Source: an uncultured Planctomycetota bacterium
Lineage (GTDB): Bacteria; Planctomycetota; Planctomycetia; Isosphaerales; Isosphaeraceae
Length of the DNA: 64,000 nt
Assembly (NCBI GenBank): GCA_963823665.1
Contig: CAWGMQ010000006.1
Location: 1,632,001-1,696,000, forward strand
Reading direction: 5' to 3'
Positions 11,936 through 22,205 of the stretch are shown here, in pieces. Both the position numbers and the translations under genes were made by a program. The notes under the pieces were generated by a model, which saw nothing but the letters and a program-made list of their open reading frames with translations, did not search any database and was not told where the DNA came from. Within the stretch, counting starts at the first letter, position 1, and each line of letters opens with the position of its first letter.

Positions 11936-12054
11936 GAGGTGCCGCCGCAGGCGGCGGTGGCGGGTCGCGCACAGGTGAGGTGCCGCCGCAGGCGGCGGAG
12001 GGGGTCAGGGGCATACCGCCCCCCTTGCGGGGGAGGTGCCGCCGCAGGTGGCGG
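11936..12054. repeat. Three GC-rich palindromic repeats
   Basis: GAGGTGCCGCCGCAGG[CT]GGCGG at 11936, 11977 and 12033 (CCGCC-GCA-GGCGG hairpin). Two copies are preceded by CCCCCTTG. Confidence 0.8.
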
Positions 12055-12815
12055 AGGGGGGGCGCTAAGGAAGAAACTCGTTCCGAAGGCGCACACCGTC
12101 GCATGACTTCGAAAACTCTTCCTTCATGTCACGAAATGTTGCTGGATGTTACTGATTTTGAAAAACTCACTCTCGCTTTCTCTCGCGGTTCTCGGCTTGG
12201 GCCAAGTCTTCGTCGCACGCTTGCCGCGAGCGCCAACGTCAGTGCCCGTTCGATCAACAACTCCGATCCTGTCACCCCAATCCAACGCGCGTTGTTTGTC
12301 ATGTTCATTATTGTGCACATTTGCCAACCGGCCTGAAAGGCCACAACAACAAGGCCCAGGGCGCCCGCCCTGGGTTTCCAAGGCACCGCCTGGGTTCCCA
12401 CTGGGGTTCCCAATTGGGTTCCCTTATCGCTATGTACAATATGCGACGACTTTGCAGACTCGACCCGCCGTCGACTGGGAAATTTCCAGAAAAAATCCGG
12501 GTTCCAGCGATCAAATCGAGTAAGTAAGAAAATTGATTCTGTATTTGCGCACTTTCGAAGCCGCCGTTGGGCCGACACGCCTGTCGGCCACGCCCCGGCC
12601 ATGTCCCGCGCCAACCAACCGCAGGCGTTATAAGGCGATGGGGCCACGACGGGACGCTGTCGACCGACTAACGACAACCGAGCAATTCCCACCCGCAGTG
12701 GACAAAGGAATAGAAATCCCGGTCTATGATAAAATCCCGCTCATCGCGCCCACGGTGCAGAAACCCCGCGCTGAGCCGGCGAAGCCCACCGCTCCAGTCG
12801 ACCGACTCTCAAGGG

Positions 12816-12947
12816 TTGCCCGATGCCCTGATCGAAAACCCGATCCTGAACTCCCCATTCGCCGCGCCCGCGCGTCACTTCAAATTCACAGATGAGGGCA
12901 TCATCAACGAAATCGCGCCCGACGCTCGGAAAGAGGTCGGTATCTGA
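12816..12947 (+). pseudogene. N-terminal remnant of a type III restriction Res-like helicase
   Basis: LIENPILNSPFAAPARHFKFTDEGI resembles the IENPILNSP...P.RHF start of type III Res-like proteins. The frame stops after about 43 codons. Confidence 0.6.
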
Positions 12948-13128
12948 CGTTCCTTTCCTTCACAGAAAGCGAGCCAATCGGCGACCGAGGCGACGAGCTG
13001 ATTACGCGGATTCCACCCAGCGGTCGGATTCATAGACAAACTGGTCGCGTCCGCGTTTCCCTCCCTTGCGAACAACTGCCTCCGACGCATCTCATCTTTC
13101 GGTTACAATGACCTGCGGAGGTGTCCCC

Positions 13129-13383
13129 ATGCCGATTCTCGAATTGAGCGACGCGCAAGTTGTGGATTTGGTGAAGCAGTTGCCACCGGAGCGCCAGCGC
13201 GCTGCACTGCTGGCGCTGGCTTCGGGTGCAGGGCAGCGGCGCGAGGAACGGATGCAATATGCCGAAGCGCAATTGCGACGTGCAAGCAGCGAACGCGGCC
13301 TGGATTGGGACACGATGTCGGACGACCAACGCCAAGATTTTATTGACGATCTTCTGCACGAGGATCGTCCGTGCGCAAAGTAG
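13129..13383 (+). CDS. Small putative antitoxin
   Basis: ATG after GGAGG; 84-aa helical protein overlapping the PIN gene that follows. Confidence 0.6.
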   Translation: MPILELSDAQVVDLVKQLPPERQRAALLALASGAGQRREERMQYAEAQLRRASSERGLDWDTMSDDQRQDFIDDLLHEDRPCAK

Positions 13384-13550
13384 CGGTCTTCGATACCAAT
13401 ATCCTGTTCTCAGCAGTTGGCTGGAAGGGCAACCCGTTCCTGTGCCTTGAATTGGCACGCGCCGGCGCGGTCGACGGCGTGACTTGCCGCGAATTGCTCG
13501 ACGAGTTGGCGGAAAAGCTTCAATCGAAGCTCTCCTTCACTCCGGAACGG
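13371..13550 (+). pseudogene. Truncated PIN-domain toxin
   Basis: Starts VAVFDTNILFSA...LLDELAEKL..K. Similarity ends at the motif GAAAAGGTGTCAGGAACC (13551-13568), after which the frame runs into the convergent gene. Confidence 0.7.
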
Positions 13551-13648
13551 GAAAAGGTGTCAGGAACCGAAAATCCGCCGCTCCGATTCACGCACGACGA
13601 AGGGGTCTTGCTCTCAAACTCAGACGGAAGCTTCGCCGGTACGACCAG

Positions 13649-14563
13649 CTACCACTCCCCCAGCGGACCGCCGTCGTTGGGATTGATAGCCTGGCTCCAG
13701 ATCGTTTGATTGATACCCGGAGTGATCTTGCGGACGCTTCCGTCCAGCATGGCGATGTTCATGATACTATGGAAGCTCTGACAAAGATTGGGGTTCGCCT
13801 GCATGGCAGTGATGCCGATCTGCGGTAGCGGGTAGCTCCCCGTGTAATTCGGTTGCCCCACGAGCTCATCCGGATTGGGCCAGTACGGTCCGTACGTGTT
13901 TGGGTAAGCCGGGTATGACCACGCCATGATGTTTTCGTAGGTTCCCGACTGCGGATCAACAGTGGGATATCCCGGAAAAGACCCGGCCGTCTCGAACAAA
14001 CCCATGGTGTTGGATGTACCATCGGGGATGGTCCCGATCCGATACGGCGATGGCTTCCCCTTGATATTGAACGTTCCGGCGGCGCCGAATAGCTCCAGGT
14101 TCATGCAATAGTTGGAAGTGGCGACCTGCCCGCCCAATATCGCAATTCCCTCGTTATTTGTCGTATCGGTGGGACAGATATGAATGCGCATCGGGGTGAA
14201 TTGGCTCCCCAGATAACCGGGAGTCGTGGTATTTTGCGTATACGTCGCAAAGATCGTGGACTGCTCGTAGTAGGGGAGCAATCCGTAAAACGCGCTTCCC
14301 TCGGCAGCCAAGCCAGTCTGCGAGTTGATGACCTGGAAAAAATTCGCAGCCGGCAACTGGCCGTCGTAACTGGTGGCGAAATTATGCGTGGATAGCATGA
14401 GCTGTTTCGAATTGTTGGCGCATTGCGTCACCCGGGCGGCTTCCCGCGCGGCCTGAACCGCGGGGAGAAGCAAGGCGATGAGTACGCTGATAATGGCGAT
14501 CACGACCAGAAGCTCAATGAGGGTAAAGGCCTGGCGAGGGCGGGGATGAAGGTTTCGACGCAT
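13649..14563 (-). CDS. DUF1559 protein with prepilin-type N-terminal cleavage/methylation motif
   Basis: [45 protein letters not shown], and C-terminal H...[10 protein letters not shown]. Confidence 0.95.
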   Translation of the reverse strand: MRRNLHPRPRQAFTLIELLVVIAIISVLIALLLPAVQAAREAARVTQCANNSKQLMLSTHNFATSYDGQLPAANFFQVINSQTGLAAEGSAFYGLLPYYEQSTIFATYTQNTTTPGYLGSQFTPMRIHICPTDTTNNEGIAILGGQVATSNYCMNLELFGAAGTFNIKGKPSPYRIGTIPDGTSNTMGLFETAGSFPGYPTVDPQSGTYENIMAWSYPAYPNTYGPYWPNPDELVGQPNYTGSYPLPQIGITAMQANPNLCQSFHSIMNIAMLDGSVRKITPGINQTIWSQAINPNDGGPLGEW

Positions 14564-14945
14564 GAAAATCTCCCGGAGACCAAACAACGGGGCAGACGTG
14601 ATGCGGTGACGGAGAAAAACTCGTGACAACCATCGAGTGTTACGATACTAGTGATCGTAATACTCGGACACAAGCAAGTGGATTTTTTTCCAGTACGGCC
14701 AGTCCGTGCCCTCTGCCCGCCTGCCATACATCGGGTCGTGAGTCGTACCAGCGGCGCTTCAGAGGTGGCCATCCGGTCACTTCGATCCGCGTACCGTGAC
14801 GGGAAAAAGACTTCGAACAATCGCTACCATCGCCCCGTCGCCCGCCCCAAAGAACCTCCACGGTACAACCCCGTTGTCCGCCACTCCGCCCGCCGGTATC
14901 CTCCCAGAATCATGGTCCCCCATCTGCCAATCCGGGAGCACAGCC

Positions 14946-15287
14946 ATGATCGACCAAGAACGATTCAATCTCCTTTACGGCTCCTACCTGCCCCCGAAAT
15001 GCAGGATCGGTGACAAGCTGCACTGTGAATACCGAGGCCGGGAGGTCACGGTCCGCGGCATGACAGGTGGTCGTATCCAGTGGCCGTATGCACGAGGTCC
15101 AGGACCGCCAGGCCCAATCGTTTGTGGCAGCCTGATCCAGGCCGTTCGCACAGAATCAGAAATTGTCGTGGCCTACCACTGGGGCGTGTCCACGACCACG
15201 GTCAAAAAATGGCGGCGGGCGCTGGAAGTGCCGGCCGTGAAAAATGAACCCTATCGCTTTACCTGGCATATGGCTACGAGAGGCTAG
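14946..15287 (+). CDS. Hypothetical protein with HTH-like segment (possibly truncated)
   Basis: ATG after GGGAG; ES...VAYHWGVSTTTVKKWRRAL is HTH-like. Confidence 0.5.
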   Translation: MIDQERFNLLYGSYLPPKCRIGDKLHCEYRGREVTVRGMTGGRIQWPYARGPGPPGPIVCGSLIQAVRTESEIVVAYHWGVSTTTVKKWRRALEVPAVKNEPYRFTWHMATRG

Positions 15288-15440
15288 CACCACCGGAGAA
15301 CAAAGCGAAGACGAAGGAGGCAGCCGCCCGCCCTGCGGTTCGTGAGAAAATGCGTGCGTCCCACGTCGGCCGTCCGGCGCATCCGAAGACTGCCGCGGCA
15401 ATTCGCGAATGCGCTTCCCAAACCCCGTTCCAGGGTCGCG

Positions 15441-15800
15441 CTATCTACTCAACTCGTACGCATTTGCCAGCCATTCACGGAGCTCGGCGTCGAAGTCGGC
15501 GGGCTTCGCCAACCGGATCTCATGATGATACCTGTTTGCGGAAACCCGTTCCGTTTTCTGCACGCGCGAACTGCTCCACTCGCGGTCCGCCTTGATCGTC
15601 AAGAGCAGGTAATCCCGACGGACCCGGACACCGGCCAACGCGGAGGAGCACGAGAGATGAATTGACGTCTTTTTCGGTTCCTCGCTGACCGGCCCGAGTT
15701 TCCGCAGCTCAGTCAGTAGCTGCTCGTACATCTTGCGGATCGCCGAATCCTTTCCGACGAAATGGCTATCGACGGTGACCGCCTGCGGCGTCTTCGACAT
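15441..15800 (-). CDS. DUF5655-like protein
   Basis: 119-aa ORF with EEPKKTSIHL, RYHHEIRL and D.EL..WL..AY. Confidence 0.7.
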   Translation of the reverse strand: MSKTPQAVTVDSHFVGKDSAIRKMYEQLLTELRKLGPVSEEPKKTSIHLSCSSALAGVRVRRDYLLLTIKADREWSSSRVQKTERVSANRYHHEIRLAKPADFDAELREWLANAYELSR

Positions 15801-15859
15801 TGGCCGTCTCCGAATCAATTAGCCGATCTCTCGTGACGCTCGCGGCAGACTCGCACGGC

Positions 15860-16315
15860 TTATTCAGGAGCCGATTCCGAGGCATGCCATGCGACGACCT
15901 GCCACTTATCAGACCGCCGCACATAGACCTTGGTGAATCGCCAATCGTCTTGCATCTCGCGACCGTTCAACTCACGCGACCGCCGGAGTCGCCCAGTGAC
16001 GACTGCGGCATCGCCGTACCGGCGCGCTCGGATTTCGGAGGTCTCGTATCGGCGAAATTTCATCCGTCCGCTACGCCAAATGGCGATCGCCTGGGGTTTG
16101 GTCATGACCGGCATCTTGGGGACGGTAACGACGAGGTCTTCCGCCCACAGGCCGTCGAGTTTGTCGGCATCCCCGGACCGGTGAGCGTCATTCCACAGCG
16201 TCTCAAGGCGAGAGAACTCGCTCAGTTCCAACGCGTTCGACTCTTGGTTTTTCGAGTTCTGTCCGATGGGAAGAGCCATCAACATGACCGCCAGAACGCA
16301 TAAACCCGATCGCAT
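15860..16315 (-). CDS. Secreted NTF2-like / DUF4440 protein
   Basis: Signal peptide, WNDAH..GD...LD.LWAED, YGDAAVVTGR and RFTKVYVRR..KWQVVAWH. Confidence 0.8.
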   Translation of the reverse strand: MRSGLCVLAVMLMALPIGQNSKNQESNALELSEFSRLETLWNDAHRSGDADKLDGLWAEDLVVTVPKMPVMTKPQAIAIWRSGRMKFRRYETSEIRARRYGDAAVVTGRLRRSRELNGREMQDDWRFTKVYVRRSDKWQVVAWHASESAPE

Positions 16316-16624
16316 CACCGGATCCTCCGCATGACCTAGCGCGAGCCAGCAGCTCGTATCGACCTCGCCAGACGCCGTTGTCCGAATCCTGAGGAACGCT
16401 ACCGACGGCGTGTCCGAGAACCCGTAGCCCCAAGAGTCTAACAACTGGGTTAGCGGAAACCAAGCCGACAGTCGCACGATGTCGCACGATGACAAGCGGC
16501 GTGCCGACCCACCATCCGATACTTCATCAACCCGGCCCAAAGGGGCGGAGCGTTGGCCGCCCTTCAGTACTTCAGCACGTACGCCGGTGACTTCGAGAGC
16601 CGATCTCTACTCCTTATGTACCAC

Positions 16625-16780
16625 GAGAAGCCAGACACCCACCCAATCTCCTCGAGAAGCCAGACACCGAGAAGCCAGACACCCACCCAATCTGATCGGG
16701 AGGAGCCAGGCGCCCAATCTCCTGGAGAAGCCAGACACCCACCCAATCTGATCGGGAGGAGCCAGGCGCCCAATCTCCTG
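16625..16780. repeat. Repeat cluster with a perfect 56-bp tandem duplication
   Basis: GAGAAGCCAGACACC occurs four times; 16669-16724 is identical to 16725-16780. Confidence 0.9.
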
Positions 16781-16832
16781 GGGAGGAAAACGGGACGCAC
16801 CTAGTTTTTCATCCCAAAGGGGACGGACACGG
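16779..16832 (+). repeat. 54-bp direct repeat, copy 1 (copy 2 at 20039-20092)
   Basis: TGGGGAGGAAA[AG]CGGGACGCA[CG]CTAGTTTTTCATCCCAAAGGGGACGGACACGG, 52/54 identical. Confidence 0.9.
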
Positions 16833-17073
16833 GGAGGAAAACGGGACGGGAGGGAAACACGGGCGCGATTAGTTTGCCTATGCCTATGCTCCGGGAAGGC
16901 GGGACAGGTCCGATATTGCAAAGCGAGGCAAGCCCCCTCCTAGCACATATCGCCAAAATCGGAGCTGTCCCGCCTCCTTCTGTTCTTGAGAATAGGTGTT
17001 GCAACGTAAAAGAGAGCAAGATCAGCAACCGATACTGGGAAGGCTGACGGGCGTGTATGATATTCGCCTGCGA

Positions 17074-17099
17074 AGGCGGCGGGAATTTCACCCGCGTCC
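17074..17099 (-). other. Degenerate tmRNA/tRNA 3'-end-like sequence (possible att relic)
   Basis: Minus strand reads GGACGCGGGTGAAATTCCCGCCGCCT: a GCGGG/CCCGC T-stem with a 7-nt loop, like the tmRNA end GGACGCGGGTTCGATTCCCGCCGCCTCCACCA. Confidence 0.45.
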
Positions 17100-17462
17100 C
17101 AATTTCCACAAGCATTTGCCCCACATGCTGTTACGACATGGCGTCTAGCGGCTGGCCGGAACGTGGCCGGGAGGACGAGGCACTCCAGGAGCTTGTCGCC
17201 ATCTGGCATGGCTTGTCGCCGGAAGTCAGGCAGAAGATCATCAAATCTCGTTGCTACTCTGCCAATACAAACGGCCGTCCCATGTGTGAGGAGGATCAGG
17301 AATCCGTTTTGTGCAGTTTGAGAATGCGTCCGGTCAGGAGCCCTTGTCAGTAATGAACGGAAGCGCTGCCCGGACCAAATTGATTTGGCCCATGCCCTTA
17401 GCTTTGATCGAGTTGGCCCATTGCTCATCGGTTGTCTGTTCGAGAGGCGCCGGGAAAACATC

Positions 17463-18529
17463 ATGGAATACGCAACGCTCGGCAATACAGGTCTCCAGGT
17501 TTCAAAACTCTGCTTCGGAACCATGACATTCGGGGACGGCAGAGGGCTCTTCAAGGCCCTCAGCGCTGTGGGCCAGGCCGGAGCCGACGAACTGATCAAG
17601 GCGTCGATTGACAGCGGCATCAACTTCTTTGATACGGCGGACAATTACACGGAGGGTGAGAGCGAAAAAATTCTCGGGCAATCACTGAAAAACCTTAACA
17701 TCGCCCGGAAGGATGTGGTGATCGGGACGAAAGTCTATAGCCGCGTCGGCCCGGGACGAAACGATGTGGGGGCTTCTCGGGGCCACATTATGGACGGTGT
17801 CGAGGCCAGTCTCCTCCGTTTGCAGACCGACCATATCGACCTGTACCAGATCCATGCCAACGATTCCGTGACTCCTGTCGAAGAGACGCTTCGCGCTCTC
17901 GACACGCTGGTGCAGCAGGGAAAGGTCCGCTACATCGGCTGCTCCAACTGGCAGGCATGGAAGATCGCCAAAGCCCTCGGCATCTCCGAATTCAGGAACC
18001 TGGCCCGATTCGACACGCTTCAGGCTTATTACTCGCTCGCCGGCCGCGATCTCGAACGGGAACTCGTTCCCCTACTGGAATCCGAAAAGGTCGGTCTGCT
18101 CGTGTGGAGTCCGCTTGCCGGCGGCTTGCTTTCCGGCAAATTCAGCCGGACGAATCAGAAGCCTGCGGATTCACGCCGCACCGACTACGACTTTCCTGTC
18201 GTCGACAAAGAGCGGACCTGGAAGACCTCGACGTAATGGCTCCTATCGCGAAAGCCCACGGCTGTAGTCCTGCACGTCTCTCGATCGCATGGCTCTTGGC
18301 ACAGCCCGTGGTAACCTCGGTCATCATTGGCGCGAAACGCCTTGACCAACTTCAGGACAATCTCGCAGCGGTCGAACTCACACTCAGCCAAGATGAGCTT
18401 ACGCAGTTGAATGAGGTCAGCGCTCTTCCCCCTGAGTATCCTGGGTGGGCGCTGCCGTTCCAGGGAGCTGACCGTCTGGGGCCAAAGGATCGCAATGAGT
18501 ATTTACGCGAAGCGATCAAGCCGCGTTGA
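17463..18529 (+). CDS. Aldo/keto reductase (frameshift near 18220)
   Basis: LGNTGLQVSKLCFGTMTFG, GINFFDTADNY, DLYQIH, GKVRYIGCSN and WSPLAGGLLSGK. The C-terminus (VTSVIIGAKRLDQL) is in another frame. Confidence 0.95.
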
Positions 18530-18651
18530 TCCTGCAAATCTCCTCCCGACTGCCAGCAGGTCTGCTATCGCCTCGCCGATCCTCCGGCCGGTGGCCTGCT
18601 GGTAGAAGGCGAAGCCGCGCGATGAGTTGACCTCGGGGGTCTCGATGTGGA

Positions 18652-19461
18652 CTAATCGTGCAAGCCCATCTTTTCGGTGGCCATCGCCGCGATTCGTACG
18701 ATAAGAGATCGAGGCAGCAAACGAGGCAACCAGGTGGCGGCACGCACGCTCAGCCGACCGGGATAGGCGACGGCTTTCCCGCGATCGAAAGCCCTCAATA
18801 TTTCTCGAACGACCACTTCCGAACTGTCCATGTCCCGCGCAGACAAGGCGGTCGCAGTTCCATCAAAGAAGCTGGTCGCCGTCGGCCCGGGGCAAGCAGC
18901 CATCACACGAACACCCCTGTCTTTGAGTTCGTATTGCAGAGCTTCGCTGAAGTGGAGGACGAAAGCTTTGGCAGCCGCGTACGTAGCCATGTGCGGCAGA
19001 GGTTGAAAGGCCGAATTGGACGATAAGTTTATGATTCCGCCCCTGCCGCGAATTGCCATACCGCCTCCGAATTGGTGAGTGAGGGCGACAAGCGCTTGCA
19101 CGTTGACTTGAATCGCCGATTGCTCTTTCGTGATCTCGTGGGAAAGGAAGCTGCCGGTGAGTCCAAGTCCTGCATTGTTGATCAGAAGATCGATCTCAAT
19201 CCCTTGTCGCTCGAGCTCCGCCTCGATCTGGCTGACGGCGTCTGAATCGGCGAGGTCGGCGTTGAGGGCGACGCACTGCACGTCGTACTTGGCGGTGAGC
19301 CGGTCCGCGAGCCCCCGTAATGCGGCAACTGAGCGGGCGACCAGAACCAGGTTCATGGCACGCGCAGCAAGAGCATCCGCAAAGACTTCCCCTAGCCCTT
19401 TGGACGCCCCGGTGACCAGAGCCGTCGAACCACGGTAAACGAACATCTTGTGCTCGCTCAA
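18652..19461 (-). CDS. Short-chain dehydrogenase/reductase
   Basis: TGASKGLG, NNAG and the YAAAK catalytic motif. Confidence 0.95.
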   Translation of the reverse strand: MSEHKMFVYRGSTALVTGASKGLGEVFADALAARAMNLVLVARSVAALRGLADRLTAKYDVQCVALNADLADSDAVSQIEAELERQGIEIDLLINNAGLGLTGSFLSHEITKEQSAIQVNVQALVALTHQFGGGMAIRGRGGIINLSSNSAFQPLPHMATYAAAKAFVLHFSEALQYELKDRGVRVMAACPGPTATSFFDGTATALSARDMDSSEVVVREILRAFDRGKAVAYPGRLSVRAATWLPRLLPRSLIVRIAAMATEKMGLHD

Positions 19462-19946
19462 AGGAGTGTCTGGAACATGACGTAGGCATCGACGAAACCG
19501 CGGGTCCCATGGCGGAAGGCACCAGGGAGGGTGCCGACGATGCTAAAGCCGAGCCGCTCCCACAGCTTGACCGCGGCCTCATTCGTCGAGACCACGAAGT
19601 TGAACTGCATGGCCCGATAGCCGAGGCGCCGTGCCTCTTCCAGGCAATGCTCACCCATAGCCCGGCCGATGCCGAGGCCACGAGCCGAGGGCGAGACCAT
19701 AAAAGCGGCGTTGGACACGTGCGAACCCAGGCCGGGCTGATTGGGTTTCAGAATATAGGTCCCGACCACCCGGCCCTCACTCTCGGCGACATAGGTTCGC
19801 GTACCGGGATGGAACCAATACGCTAACGCCTCCTCGCGGGGAATCTCGAGGTCAAAGACGTAGGTGTCTCCCGCAGCGACGACCGTCCGAAAAATCTCCC
19901 AGACGGCATCCCGGTCGCGTTTTAAAGCTTCGCGAATGGTGACCAT
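19458..19946 (-). CDS. GNAT N-acetyltransferase
   Basis: ARGLGIGRAM acetyl-CoA motif and GYRAMQFNFVVSTNEAAVKLW. Confidence 0.95.
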   Translation of the reverse strand: MVTIREALKRDRDAVWEIFRTVVAAGDTYVFDLEIPREEALAYWFHPGTRTYVAESEGRVVGTYILKPNQPGLGSHVSNAAFMVSPSARGLGIGRAMGEHCLEEARRLGYRAMQFNFVVSTNEAAVKLWERLGFSIVGTLPGAFRHGTRGFVDAYVMFQTLL

Positions 19947-20038
19947 CTCCGCGACCTCCTCAGTCGATTATGCGCGAATGCGGAGTTGCCTGACCATGCA
20001 CGGTCGCCCCGGACGAAGTTCGTTGTTTTTTTCTCCGT

Positions 20039-20092
20039 TGGGGAGGAAAGCGGGACGCAGCTAGTTTTTCATCCCAAAGGGGACGGACACGG
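20039..20092 (+). repeat. 54-bp direct repeat, copy 2
   Basis: Matches 16779-16832 with two mismatches. Confidence 0.9.
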
Positions 20093-20376
20093 TGGTTGAA
20101 AGGCGCTATCCACAGGTTCTCGTGGGATCGAAAAAAAAATGCACATTAAGAGGCACCGTACGATATGACAAGAAACCCTCGGCGGCAACCCTTCGAACAT
20201 TCGGTGATTTCGTCGGTTTTCGGGCGGGTCTGCAGAGCAGAGTAGGCGAAGACGCAAGGCCTGTCCTGCATAACGGTTCCACTCGAGCACGATGTCACGT
20301 AGAATTTTCAGTTCCGAGAAGTGACCCCCAAACCCGTCTGGCATCGGTTGCCGGGAATCAACGGTGAGGTCCGATC

Positions 20377-21479
20377 ATGACCAATCGTCACGTACACAGT
20401 TCCTCGCTCGTTGGAATTGCGATCGCCAGCACGATGTTATTTTCACCTTCGATGACACGGGGCGGAACCGTGACAGCGGACGCTTTCCTTCCAACGGTGG
20501 GGGCGCCTCTTGGCGGTGGTGCGACATATGAACTGCGCGCGTTTAGCGTTCAGTTCACGCCCGTGCCCTCCGGCCCGAACGCTGCAACCACGAATCCTGC
20601 GCCGGTCATAAACTTTACGCCGATCGTGTTTCTCGGGCTTCCTCCCCGATTTTACTTTCCATCCTATTTTTCGACCGGCCCGGCGACGACAGTATTTGAT
20701 GTTAGTACATCAGCTTCCGGAGGTGGCGGAGGCACACCCTTTGGTGCTGTTGGCCAAGCGGTCTGGGATCCTGGGGCCACCGCCCCCGCGGCCCCATTAA
20801 GAGCGTCTGCTACAATACTGCCGCTTCCGGTAACGGGGGCTGCGGCCGGACAAGCCCAGGATCCTTATCAACTCCCAGCAGGTGTTTACCAGAACTACTC
20901 GTACACGGTCGACAGCCTCACCCTAAAAGTCGATCCGTCAAAACCAACTGAGTTTGTCGGCACAGCTACTTCGCGACCGACTCTCGCTATTCCCAGCCAC
21001 TCTGGAGCCTGGCCGTGAGTACTCAGGGTGTCCTGAATAGCCCCTCTGACCTCCAAATCACGTTTGCGAGCAATCCCATCCTCGGTCTCGATGATACGTT
21101 GATCGAAGACGAAGTCCGCGCTGCATTCACGGTCAACTCGGGCACTGCGACTTTGAGTTCGTTCGAGCTCTTCGACACGACGTACAAAGTATCGCAAACT
21201 ATTCAATACTCCGAGGGAGTGAATGCCGACGTCGGGGTCGCGTCCGTTCCTGAACCGTCCAGCGTTATACTGTTGTCATCTGGGAGTCTCATCCTCTTGG
21301 GAATTGTGCTGATTCAGCGAGGTCGTTCTGTTTGGCCTTCCCATAGCGGACGGAAAAAAACACCGCCAGGGCCGGTCCGTCCCGGAACATCCACGGGGTC
21401 ATCCACGGGGTCAGACCATCCACGTCCACGGGGTCAGACCAAGTTTCAAGTTAATTCAGAAGCTGACCGAAGACGCTAG
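20377..21479 (+). CDS. PEP-CTERM surface protein (split near 20960-21015; 3' end runs into repeats)
   Basis: N-terminal signal peptide in 20377-21018. VPEPSSVILL + TM segment + RGR is in the 21015-21479 frame. Confidence 0.75.
21390..21440. repeat. TCCACGGGGTCA(GACC) motif, three copies
   Basis: Copies at 21390, 21402 and 21425. Confidence 0.75.
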
Positions 21480-21633
21480 CGAGCGTCGGGAATTCATCCG
21501 TCCCCGCCCGCGTCGAAGACCGACGCAAGCTGGATTCATCTCGTGGGGAGGGAAACAGGGACGCGATTAGCTTGTCTATGAATCTGACCGCTGGGGAGGG
21601 AAACAAGCGGGCCACTGGGGTAATGACGACGAC

Positions 21634-21957
21634 ATGTCTGTACAGGAAGATCCAACGCAACACGGGAAACCCATGCGGGGAGGGCGTGTGACCCTCAACC
21701 AGACGCCCGTACAGACCCCCGCTATGACCCGCACTCATGGAACTTCCTACATTTCGGGAACCCACGCGCGCCCGCGGCCTCACATCCGCCGGGCCCACTG
21801 GCACTCGTACTGGGTTGGGAAATGCAATGATCCTGACACTCGAACCGTGGTCTTGAAATGGCTGCCGCCCATCGCGGTCAACGTACAAAACGTTGACGAT
21901 TTGACAACAACGGTGCGGGATGTGGGGCACGCATCCGTCACGCAAGTGATGCACTGA
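21634..21957 (+). pseudogene. Fragment resembling the AcrVA2/FinQ-family C-terminus
   Basis: RPHIRRAHWHSYWVG...VLKWLPPIAVN versus the recalled AcrVA2 RPHIRRGHWHGYWQG...RVRWQPAVFVN. Only about 100 aa are present. Confidence 0.55.
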
Positions 21958-22205
21958 ATTCGGCCATTACGGGAGCTGATGCCGTGTCGCCGCGCCCCGT
22001 TCGGCAGATCCGCCGAACCGGTACACGTGCAACTTCTCCGTTCGCGGGGCACATCACCTAATTCCTCCGGAAGGGAATTGCGGCCACCCTTACGGTTGTC
22101 GTACGATATGACGCGAACGTCAAAACCGAGAAGCTCTCGAAGTCATATCCAGTAGCCGGGCCGAGACAATTGGGAGCCAGCAATGATCCAAAGAGGAACA
22201 CCACA

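Noticed and set aside
16625..16780. CRISPR-like appearance of the GAGAAGCCAGACACC repeats
   Set aside because: Spacing is irregular, the intervening sequences are identical (tandem duplication) rather than unique spacers, and there are no cas genes.
17074..17099. A functional tRNA or tmRNA gene
   Set aside because: Only a T-arm-like piece is present, with no CCA and no rest of the structure. I recognised no intact RNA gene, including tRNA-Sec, in the window.
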